The notes under the pieces are model-generated. The model searched no databases. It had not been told where the DNA came from and saw only the letters and a list, made by a program, of their open reading frames with translations. The translations under genes were made by a program, and so were the position numbers. A DNA stretch of 64,000 nucleotides from a virus: positions 1-64,000 of the IMG/VR virus record IMGVR_UViG_3300042509_001112; one strand, written 5' to 3'. This document shows, in pieces, positions 37,946-45,768 of the stretch (position 1 is its first letter; every line of letters begins with the position of its first letter).

Positions 37946-38126
37946 TTAATTGGTTAATAATGTCTTCCTCACTATTTAAGATTTCTCTTACATCATATAA
38001 TTGTTCTTCTAAATCAGCTTTTTGTTCTAAAAAGTCTTCTTCAGTAATACCAATCATTTGATCATAATCAGATTGTAGTGAATCAATTTGATTTTGTAAA
38101 TCTTTTTCTAATTCAGATGCTGTCAT
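37935..38126 (-). CDS. Small highly acidic coiled-coil protein
   Basis: 63 aa, very rich in D/E. Confidence 0.5.
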   Translation of the reverse strand: MTASELEKDLQNQIDSLQSDYDQMIGITEEDFLEQKADLEEQLYDVREILNSEEDIINQLIEE

Positions 38127-38142
38127 GTTATTTGTTTTAAGG

Positions 38143-38367
38143 TTAATAATTAGATTTCAATACGTGGTCAATGTAACTACCTGCAATTAGTGTACCTACA
38201 AATGTTGATGCCCAAAATGGAGGACAGCATACTGTACAATCTGCAATTGTGTAATCTGTACCAATAGCTACAAAGAATGCAATTACAAATGGTACTAATG
38301 CTCCTAAGAATAGGGTAGATAGCAATATTACAGTTGCTTCTAATACTTTGTTTAATAGTGTTTTCAT
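38143..38367 (-). CDS. Small two-TM membrane protein
   Basis: Two hydrophobic segments; start moved to MKTLL because the upstream ATG lies inside the 38382-38417 hairpin. Confidence 0.55.
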   Translation of the reverse strand: MKTLLNKVLEATVILLSTLFLGALVPFVIAFFVAIGTDYTIADCTVCCPPFWASTFVGTLIAGSYIDHVLKSNY

Positions 38368-38381
38368 GTATTTTAGTATTA

Positions 38382-38417
38382 ATAAGAACAAGACTTAATT
38401 AAAAGCCTTGTTCTTAT
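38382..38417. terminator. Intergenic hairpin
   Basis: ATAAGAACAAG...CTTGTTCTTAT 11-bp stem between two - strand genes. Confidence 0.45.
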
Positions 38418-38426
38418 AGTTAATAA

Positions 38427-38882
38427 TTAGATATTTAAATAACTAGCTGATATCCATGAATTACGTGTTTCCAATTCACCTTTTTTATTAGGTATTTGGT
38501 ATTCTACGTGTAGTTGATTATCAGCATATTCGTTAATATCAATTACTTTTACTTGTTTTACATAACCATAAACAGTATTATTTTGCTCTTTACTTTCTTC
38601 TGTCCAATAACCATATACTTTATAATCTTTAGTATGATATGTATTACCTATTTCAGCAATAATTTCTTTTCTAAAGCCATTCATAGCAGACATTATTCTG
38701 CTTAGTAATATGGTATCTTTTGAAGATGCTCTACCAATAATTTGTTCTACAACAGTATCAGCATAAGGTGAATCTTCTTTAAACATTCCTCTTAATTGTT
38801 GAGCAATAGCATCTACTTCTATTTCAATGCTAATAGTTTGATTAAATCTTTTCATTGTGTTTTGTGTTTTAATTGTTTTCAT
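38427..38882 (-). CDS. Hypothetical protein
   Basis: 151-aa ORF. Confidence 0.6.
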   Translation of the reverse strand: MKTIKTQNTMKRFNQTISIEIEVDAIAQQLRGMFKEDSPYADTVVEQIIGRASSKDTILLSRIMSAMNGFRKEIIAEIGNTYHTKDYKVYGYWTEESKEQNNTVYGYVKQVKVIDINEYADNQLHVEYQIPNKKGELETRNSWISASYLNI

Positions 38883-38914
38883 GTGTTTTTATTTGATTGT
38901 TAGTTAATTATTGT

Positions 38915-39176
38915 GTTTTACACCTAAAACTTTGATATAGTACAGCAAGAGTTCTCTATTGTACTTTCATTCTTACTACCTTAACAGCTTCCTTTGTGCA
39001 TATCTGCATCAACATCAGAGTTTCAGCTAATTAAGCTAAGGAGTATAAGACCGACCTTACACTAACTTGTAATTAAATCTCAAAATATACCTTATAGGTG
39101 CTGAATGAGTATTACAATATTGTTAGTATATCAAAGAAACTGGTGTCCTCAACATCTTGGAAAGTTATTGAGTTTT
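38915..39176 (-). ncRNA. Candidate structured RNA with pseudoknot and ~190-nt enclosed domain
   Basis: Hairpin CTCAATA/TGTTGAG (G.U only on - strand), ACACC pairing with the loop of GTTTTA-GGTG-TAAAAC, 10-bp CTTTGATATA/TATATCAAAG helix. Confidence 0.4.
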
Positions 39177-39189
39177 TTAAAAATCCCTT

Positions 39190-39314
39190 TGCACTCAGTT
39201 GTAATAGAAAGACTGACGTCTTTTGAGTTGTAGTTCAGGGTGTTAAAGGTCCTGGTGGGCTACACATACTTACCCTTCAATTGGATATTACAACTGTTAC
39301 CTTACGGTAGTGCA
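39190..39314. ncRNA. Candidate multibranch structured element
   Basis: TGCACT/AGTGCA closing helix, CAGTTGTAATA/TATTACAACTG 11-bp helix, TACC-TTAC-GGTA and AAAGAC-TGAC-GTCTTT hairpins. Confidence 0.4.
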
Positions 39315-39409
39315 TTGAGATGTGAGAAACAATAAGGCTGTTTATCCACAAACAACAAACGCTTTGTATTTAACACTACGGTTGTTTGTATAACACTTAT
39401 AGCACCTTA

Positions 39410-39745
39410 TTAAATGTATTTCCTAGGCATAGGCATTTCACCTCCTTGACGCAAACACCAATGGTAAGAACCAGAACTACATTCAGTTCGATAACCTGTA
39501 CCAAGTTTACCATCAAAGACACAATCTTTAATTTCAGGAAGATAATTCATAGATAAAAGTTGTTTGTTTGTTACAAACATTATTTTATACCATTTATTAT
39601 CTCCATTGAAATTATTATTTGTCTTAACACGCTTAGCCGATATGTCTTTAAATACATAAATAACCTTCTTATAATAATCTTTATAAGCTGGTTTATTATT
39701 GTATAAGCCATAACTGTAATTTGAGTTTGTGTTATTAATAATCAT
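39410..39745 (-). CDS. Hypothetical protein
   Basis: 111-aa ORF with A-rich leader. Confidence 0.5.
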   Translation of the reverse strand: MIINNTNSNYSYGLYNNKPAYKDYYKKVIYVFKDISAKRVKTNNNFNGDNKWYKIMFVTNKQLLSMNYLPEIKDCVFDGKLGTGYRTECSSGSYHWCLRQGGEMPMPRKYI

Positions 39746-40106
39746 AATTTATGGTTTAAATTGTTGAAAATAAAAAATGGATGTGTTTAACCTACACATC
39801 CGTAGAACCTGCATTGTTTGGTTGATGCCAAAATACAGCTTATATACTCTTTCTCATATCACTTTGCCAGTTTTGAAAGAATGTAAATCTCAGGCTGTTA
39901 AGAATAACAGTATTACTAATGCTCTAATTTCGTTCATTCAGCTGTTGGTTATAAATCAACAGCTCAGTCTTCTACGTTAGTTTGTTTCAACATAAAGAGT
40001 ATCAATCTTTACGTTATACGCTTTTTAGCTCATAGTGGAGCCTGTTTATTTTGAAACATGGTAGGACAGAGCTCACGAAGAGATGTCCTTTAAACCATGC
40101 AATATT

Positions 40107-40316
40107 TTAGAATATACTTGGAACAGCAATCCATTGTAAAGCACGACCTTGATATTCTTTATCAACAATAACATATTGTATTGTATTACCTGCTAGTAAA
40201 CTATTAAAGTGTTTACGAGAGATAAAGTAAGTATCCCATGTATTATCAATATGAATACATACTGAAGCTCTGTTCATACGAATGAGTTGGATTTGGTTTT
40301 TAGATAGTGTTTTCAT
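40107..40316 (-). CDS. Hypothetical protein
   Basis: 69-aa ORF. Confidence 0.5.
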   Translation of the reverse strand: MKTLSKNQIQLIRMNRASVCIHIDNTWDTYFISRKHFNSLLAGNTIQYVIVDKEYQGRALQWIAVPSIF

Positions 40317-40379
40317 TGTGCTATATGTTTAGATGGTTAGTTTTTAGATAGATAGATAAAAAAGTTTTAGTAATGTCCG

Positions 40380-40655
40380 TTAGGACACTACTAAAAACTC
40401 TAACTCTTTAAACTTGCAGACTTGGACAAGACCTGTAAGGTCGTCTAGGTCTGCACCACTCTTAACAGCAAGGCGCCAGCCGCCTGGCATTTGCAAATAG
40501 TAACTATCTTCTTTCTTCCCAGCCGTAGGCTCGGGAAGATTTTCAGGGTTGCTAATTTGCACCAAATCAGTGTACTCCGTTAAACTTACTTTATAACCTG
40601 CAGCTTCAGCAAAGGTTTTAAGTTTTTCAACGGTAGTTGTGGGTAATTTTTTCAT
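40380..40655 (-). CDS. Hypothetical protein, first gene of the leftward block
   Basis: 91-aa ORF, visibly higher GC than neighbours. Confidence 0.55.
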   Translation of the reverse strand: MKKLPTTTVEKLKTFAEAAGYKVSLTEYTDLVQISNPENLPEPTAGKKEDSYYLQMPGGWRLAVKSGADLDDLTGLVQVCKFKELEFLVVS

Positions 40656-40770
40656 AATTTTATTTATTAACTTGTTAATAATCTAGGCAGGGCACTATGC
40701 CCCGCAATATTTAGGGTGAGTGGGCTTAAAGGAGGAGGTCCTCCCACATATATTCTCAAAACAATTTTTA

Positions 40771-40801
40771 AAATTTTCTAAAAAATTTTCTAAAAAATTT
40801 T
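40771..40801. repeat. 12-bp tandem A/T-tract repeat (AAATTTTCTAAA x2.6)
   Basis: Seen directly at the switch between divergent gene blocks. Confidence 0.7.
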
Positions 40802-40857
40802 ATTTTTTTAATTACATTTAGCTATTTATTGCTTAACATTCTTTAACAATAAATCAC

Positions 40858-40886
40858 TTGACTTTTTAATATTATGATATATATTG
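40858..40886 (+). promoter_or_regulatory. Candidate promoter for the rightward block
   Basis: TTG-N19-TATATTG resembles the Bacteroidota housekeeping -33/-7 (TTG..TAnnTTTG) layout, with one T fewer. Confidence 0.35.
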
Positions 40887-41233
40887 TACACGTATCATAA
40901 TTAGTAAGGTAATGGCTTACGAATTATACCAGTGAATACTAATAAGTAGGATCTTAGAAGTTGGATAGTAATCCGCAGCCTTGAGATAATAGGTAAACAT
41001 AGCAGATGAGGTTTCTCCAATAGGTACACAAGGACTTGAGTAAAGTAAGGTATGGCACTCTAGGGTAAAAAACAACAGTAGTAGAGATACTCCCCTAATG
41101 GTTATGATTGAGTGTGTAGGCTAAAAACGGATACTTGAAATAAAACTTAAGTCTGAATAATTTAAATTACTAGGGGTAAGTGTGTCTTATTCTGAAGTAG
41201 TATATAAGAGTATTAATATTCTAACTTAGGGAA

Positions 41234-41617
41234 ATGAAAATAGAAATTAATAATACTCGTGATAAGATTATAGAGCAATACTATACTCTTGTTAATCCTT
41301 TATTAGGTAAGGATAAATTGGGTCCTGTTGAGATTAAAGTCTTGAGTAAAATGGCTTTAATATATAATACGTATCAACATCTAGGAGAAGAAGCTGCAAA
41401 TCTTCTATTATTCCATACACAAAGTAGAAAACAAATTAGAGAGGCTGTTGCTAAAGACTTACAAAGTGCTTTTAGTAGGAATAGTCATGAAGCTATTTTA
41501 TCTCGTCTTAGGAAGAAGAATTTAATTACTAAGAATAAGATATTATATTTACCTCCTATTAAGGATGGTAAGGTTAGTGTAGATATTAAACTTAATATTG
41601 TTAATGTAGATGAGTAA
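41234..41617 (+). CDS. Putative winged-helix DNA-binding protein
   Basis: ILSRLRKKNLITK wHTH-like end; first gene of the structural block. Confidence 0.5.
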   Translation: MKIEINNTRDKIIEQYYTLVNPLLGKDKLGPVEIKVLSKMALIYNTYQHLGEEAANLLLFHTQSRKQIREAVAKDLQSAFSRNSHEAILSRLRKKNLITKNKILYLPPIKDGKVSVDIKLNIVNVDE

Positions 41618-41858
41618 TAAGTTTATTGAGTCTATTATTAAGGAAGTAGCTGAAGAAGAAGGTTTACCTGAATATGTTGTAGAAGAAATCTACGATTCTC
41701 CTTTTAAGTTTATGAAAGAGAATACTAAAAGATTTGCTAGTTGGAAAATATACTTAGTAAATGGATTAGGTAAGTTTATGCCTTATAATACTATTCTTAA
41801 TAAGGTTAAGAATGGTGAGCATATTAATAATGTTAAAAAATTAGATTATGAAGAATAA
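41610..41858 (+). CDS. HU/IHF-like DNA-binding protein
   Basis: IIKEVAEEEGLPEYVVEEI...IYLVNGLGKF; IHF-like genes are typical near crAss-like terminase modules. Confidence 0.65.
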   Translation: MSNKFIESIIKEVAEEEGLPEYVVEEIYDSPFKFMKENTKRFASWKIYLVNGLGKFMPYNTILNKVKNGEHINNVKKLDYEE

Positions 41859-42273
41859 ATCAATTGATATTGATAAGCAAGATAATAAGTTAGTTATATC
41901 TGTTTATCCTAAGTTTTATAAAGATGAACAAGTAAATACCGTAACTCCTACTGTAATTACTTTAGATAGTAATAAGATTAAGGTTACTATGGATTTTGAT
42001 ATTAATATAACTAATAATGAGTACGATGAGATATTAGGTATAGATACTAAGAAAGATGAGAATTATCTTAATAAAGGTACTTGGATTAGTAAGAAACATT
42101 TTGTTACTAATATATCTAGTGTTGTAAATAGACTTGAGTTAGAAAATGATGAAGTTGATTTAGAATACGTAGTACAAATTACTACTTATGGTAATATAAT
42201 TAATATTAGAACTAAGAATGAAGAGATTCAAGATCAATTACTAACTTTATTAGAAGAGTGGTACAATGAGTAA
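41848..42273 (+). CDS. Hypothetical protein
   Basis: 141-aa ORF, overlapping neighbours. Confidence 0.55.
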   Translation: MKNKSIDIDKQDNKLVISVYPKFYKDEQVNTVTPTVITLDSNKIKVTMDFDINITNNEYDEILGIDTKKDENYLNKGTWISKKHFVTNISSVVNRLELENDEVDLEYVVQITTYGNIINIRTKNEEIQDQLLTLLEEWYNE

Positions 42274-42493
42274 ATACAGATATACAATAACTTTAGATAA
42301 TCCTGTAAGAGAAGAAGATGGTTATATTCATATTTATATAGATGATAGGTTAATAAGGATAGAAAGAGAAGCTCCTTTTGAATTTACTACTCCAGAACAA
42401 CTTTCTGATGATGAATTAAAAAGTAAATTAAATAAAATGAAACATAACTATACTGCAAAAGTTGGTTTAAATACATTATATAAAAATGAGTAA
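42266..42493 (+). CDS. Hypothetical protein
   Basis: 75-aa ORF, overlapping neighbours. Confidence 0.5.
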   Translation: MSKYRYTITLDNPVREEDGYIHIYIDDRLIRIEREAPFEFTTPEQLSDDELKSKLNKMKHNYTAKVGLNTLYKNE

Positions 42494-42779
42494 TTATACT
42501 GAAATAGTTGAAGGTTGGGGTAATTATATATTCCCTAATAAGAAGGTAGAATATATTGCTAAATCTAGAGCTTTAATATGTGCTGAATGTCCTTTAAATG
42601 TATTAGGAATTTGTAGTCCTTTAAAGAAAGGTAAAGTTGTTAAAGACTTTACTTATAAAAATAAACTAAGAAAAGAAGGAGATGAGTATGCTGGTTGTGG
42701 ATGTCCTATAGCTACTAAAACTAGAAGTTTAACAAGTAAATGTCCTTTAGGTAAATTCTTAGAAGAATCAATAGATTAA
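42486..42779 (+). CDS. Small Cys-rich putative Zn-binding protein
   Basis: R..ICAECP...C...GCGCPI..KTRS..KCPLGK. Confidence 0.6.
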   Translation: MSNYTEIVEGWGNYIFPNKKVEYIAKSRALICAECPLNVLGICSPLKKGKVVKDFTYKNKLRKEGDEYAGCGCPIATKTRSLTSKCPLGKFLEESID

Positions 42780-42812
42780 TAAATTATAAATAAACAATTA
42801 ATAAATTATAGA

Positions 42813-43151
42813 ATGGAAACAAAACAAAACGAGTTAAAAGGAATTACCCCATTAAATGGTACAGTTATCTTAGAAATGCCTACTAAAACTGCTAGTGGTA
42901 TTTTATTGAATACCGATGTTAATAAATATCAAGGTGTATTTAGAGTAGTAGCTGTAGCTGATGATGTTACTAGTATTAAAGTAGGTGACTATGTATTAGG
43001 AGCTGGTAGTGTTATGCCTTTAACTGTTAAACAAAATAATATTAAAACTGAGTATGCTCAAGTATATAAATCTGCTATCTATACTATTATAGATAAAGAT
43101 CTTGTAGAAGATGCGTACTTTGGTACTATTGAATCAGGTCATAATGATTAA
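42813..43151 (+). CDS. groES: GroES-like co-chaperonin
   Basis: ITPLNGTVIL, TASGILL mobile loop, VVAV, IKVGDYV. Confidence 0.7.
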   Translation: METKQNELKGITPLNGTVILEMPTKTASGILLNTDVNKYQGVFRVVAVADDVTSIKVGDYVLGAGSVMPLTVKQNNIKTEYAQVYKSAIYTIIDKDLVEDAYFGTIESGHND

Positions 43152-43153
43152 TT

Positions 43154-43675
43154 ATGAGAATATTCCAACAAAAGGATAATAATATAATTGTTTCTCCAGA
43201 GATACTAACTATACCAGAGTTTAGTGCTATTTGGAAAGCAGATAAAACTAAAGATAAGGTAGAGGCTTTCAAAGCCTTTACCTATATCTATCATACAGTA
43301 GATTATAACTCTCCTTATAGTAACTATCCTAAAGATAAAAAGGATGACTCTATTAAGCAAGATATGCTTGGTGATCCTCAATATAAAATAAGTGATAAAG
43401 TTACTAACGCATTAGCTAAGTATAAACAGTTACAAGAAACTCCTTTACAAAGGTTAATGCAAGCTGCTAAGAATAAAATAGATGATATAGCAACTTATTT
43501 AGAAACTACTAGTGTTGATGATGAATCAATTAAGTTAGTGTTAGAGGTATATAAAAATATATCAACTGCTGTAAGTAATTTTGATAAGCTACAACAAGCT
43601 GTTGAAAAAGAAGTAGAAAAACAAACTAGCAGAAACCGTGGTGATATACAAGTTAATAGTGAATATAATGAATAA
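43154..43675 (+). CDS. Conserved protein upstream of terminase (possible small terminase subunit)
   Basis: Position, helical composition, RNRG near C-terminus. Confidence 0.45.
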   Translation: MRIFQQKDNNIIVSPEILTIPEFSAIWKADKTKDKVEAFKAFTYIYHTVDYNSPYSNYPKDKKDDSIKQDMLGDPQYKISDKVTNALAKYKQLQETPLQRLMQAAKNKIDDIATYLETTSVDDESIKLVLEVYKNISTAVSNFDKLQQAVEKEVEKQTSRNRGDIQVNSEYNE

Positions 43676-43748
43676 GCTTAAACGTAAATTTAAGCGAGTT
43701 AAGCGAGTTAAGCAAACTAAACATTTTGAATCTGAATACGGATGTTAA
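43668..43748 (+). CDS. 26-aa basic peptide bridging to terminase (not in ORF track)
   Basis: MNKLKRKFKRVKRVKQTKHFESEYGC; overlaps the upstream stop and the terminase ATG. Confidence 0.35.
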   Translation: MNKLKRKFKRVKRVKQTKHFESEYGC

Positions 43749-45736
43749 TAGGAACTAATCAATTTCTTGAAACTAGACAATTCTTTGAAAAGCATGATAT
43801 GTATACTAAGGCTTTACCTGGTACTTATCAGTATAAAGAGTTTTGGGATGAACAAGTAAATAGATGTTTAAATGGATATCAAATAGGTAATCTATGGATA
43901 CCTGGTCCATACTACTTCTATTTAAACTTCTTTCCAATCTTAGGTAAGGATCCTGTTACTGGTAGAAAGAAAAAGATATTTCCTAAGTTTACTGATGTGG
44001 ATTTAGAATATTTTCTTATATTAGAAGAAGCTAGGAAACAAAAGAAAGGTGTTATTATGACTAAACCTAGACGTACAGGTTTCTCTTATAAGAATGCTGC
44101 TGTAGTAGTCCATGAATATAACTTCTATAAAGATGCTAAATGTGTTATTGGAGCTTATGAAAAGAAGCTATCTGAGAATACAATGAATATGGCTTTAGAA
44201 GGATTAAACTTTCTTAATAAGAGTACAGTGTGGTTTAAACCACGTAATCCTGATACTAAAGAACATGTTATGGCTAGACATCAAAAAGTAGTTGATGGTG
44301 TACCACAATGGGCTGGTTATAATTCAGAGATTAGACGTTTAACATTTCAAGATAATCCCTTCTCCTCAATTGGTTTAAGTGCTAACATATTCCTATTTGA
44401 AGAAGCTGGTCTATTTGCTAATATTAAGGAGTCTTATAATATATCTGAACCTACTTGGAAAGATGGTGATGATATGATTGGATTACCTATCTTATTTGGT
44501 ACAGCTGGTGATATGGATAAAGGCTCTTTACAGTTCTCTGAGATGTTTTATAATCCTGAGAAGTTTAATCTATTAGCTTTTGATAATATTTGGGATAAAG
44601 AAAAGACTGGTACTAAATGTGGTTGGTTCTTACCTGCTAGTAAACAAAGGTTTGGTAACTATCCTGATCCTAATAACAATAATAAGGTAACTCCTATGGT
44701 AGATGAAGATGGTAACTCTAATCAAAAGTTAGCTACCTTATCTATTCTAAAGTATAGAGAGAGTAAGAAAGGTGATATGAAAGCTTTTAGAGATAGTATT
44801 ACCCAGTACCCTCTTACTACCATGGAAGCATTCCTAGTTAAAGGTAATAATATCTTTCCTACTGATTTAGCTCAAGATAGATTAGCCGAGTTAGAATCTA
44901 ATAAGATAATTACTGATTCTTATTGGTCAGCTGATTTAAAACAAACTGAAACTGGTGTAGAATTTAAATTAACTGATAAATTACCTATATCAAAGTTTCC
45001 TTTACAAGCTGATGATGATAAAGAAGGTTGTATACAAATCTTTGAACAACCCTATACTGATAAACCTGTACATGGTATGTATATTGCTGGTATTGACCCT
45101 TATGATGATGATCAGTCTAGTACTGATTCATTAGGTAGTATATTTATTATGCATTCCTTAACAAGTAGAATAGTAGCTGAATATACAGGTAGACCACAGA
45201 CTGCTAAAGAGTTTTTTGAGATTTGTAGGAAGCTAATGGTATATTATAATGCTGTTGGTAACTATGAAAACAATAAAAAAGGTCTATTTGCTTACTTTGA
45301 GCAAAGAAATTGCTTACATTTACTCTGTAATACACCTAAAATACTTAAAGATCAACAAATTATTACCATTATAAGGGATTCTGGTAACACTAGTAAGGGT
45401 ACTAATGCCTCTAAAGAGGTAAATAAGTACGCTAGACAGCTAATTAGAAGCTATATGCTTGATCAAGCTTACAATAAAGAGGGTGGAATTACAAATACAC
45501 ACACAATTCCTAGTATTCCTCTATTAAAAGAGATAATTTATTGGAATGAAAATGGTAATTTTGATAGAGTTAGTAGTTTAGGTATGCTTTTAATACTTAA
45601 AGAAGATAGAATTAAACTAATTGTTGAAGAAGAGGAGGAAGAAGAGGATAAATTTAGATCTTTTTTTAATAGATATACCAATACAAACAATAGCTATATA
45701 CCCAGTGGAATAACTTTTGGACATGAATACCGATAA
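43742..45736 (+). CDS. terL: Terminase large subunit
   Basis: KPRRTGFSY Walker A, FLFEEAG Walker B, FGTAG, YIAGIDPYD nuclease, YENNK, NFDRVS. Confidence 0.92.
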   Translation: MLIGTNQFLETRQFFEKHDMYTKALPGTYQYKEFWDEQVNRCLNGYQIGNLWIPGPYYFYLNFFPILGKDPVTGRKKKIFPKFTDVDLEYFLILEEARKQKKGVIMTKPRRTGFSYKNAAVVVHEYNFYKDAKCVIGAYEKKLSENTMNMALEGLNFLNKSTVWFKPRNPDTKEHVMARHQKVVDGVPQWAGYNSEIRRLTFQDNPFSSIGLSANIFLFEEAGLFANIKESYNISEPTWKDGDDMIGLPILFGTAGDMDKGSLQFSEMFYNPEKFNLLAFDNIWDKEKTGTKCGWFLPASKQRFGNYPDPNNNNKVTPMVDEDGNSNQKLATLSILKYRESKKGDMKAFRDSITQYPLTTMEAFLVKGNNIFPTDLAQDRLAELESNKIITDSYWSADLKQTETGVEFKLTDKLPISKFPLQADDDKEGCIQIFEQPYTDKPVHGMYIAGIDPYDDDQSSTDSLGSIFIMHSLTSRIVAEYTGRPQTAKEFFEICRKLMVYYNAVGNYENNKKGLFAYFEQRNCLHLLCNTPKILKDQQIITIIRDSGNTSKGTNASKEVNKYARQLIRSYMLDQAYNKEGGITNTHTIPSIPLLKEIIYWNENGNFDRVSSLGMLLILKEDRIKLIVEEEEEEEDKFRSFFNRYTNTNNSYIPSGITFGHEYR

Positions 45737-45768
45737 TTATATATAAGTAATACATTACAATTTTTCAT

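Noticed and set aside
39777-39980. 67-aa + strand ORF
   Set aside because: Opposite to all neighbouring genes, overlaps several hairpins and has no motif.
43742-45736. Intron or intein in terminase (also checked RNR, PolB, helicase)
   Set aside because: ORFs are continuous, of normal length, and lack intein splice motifs or embedded endonucleases.
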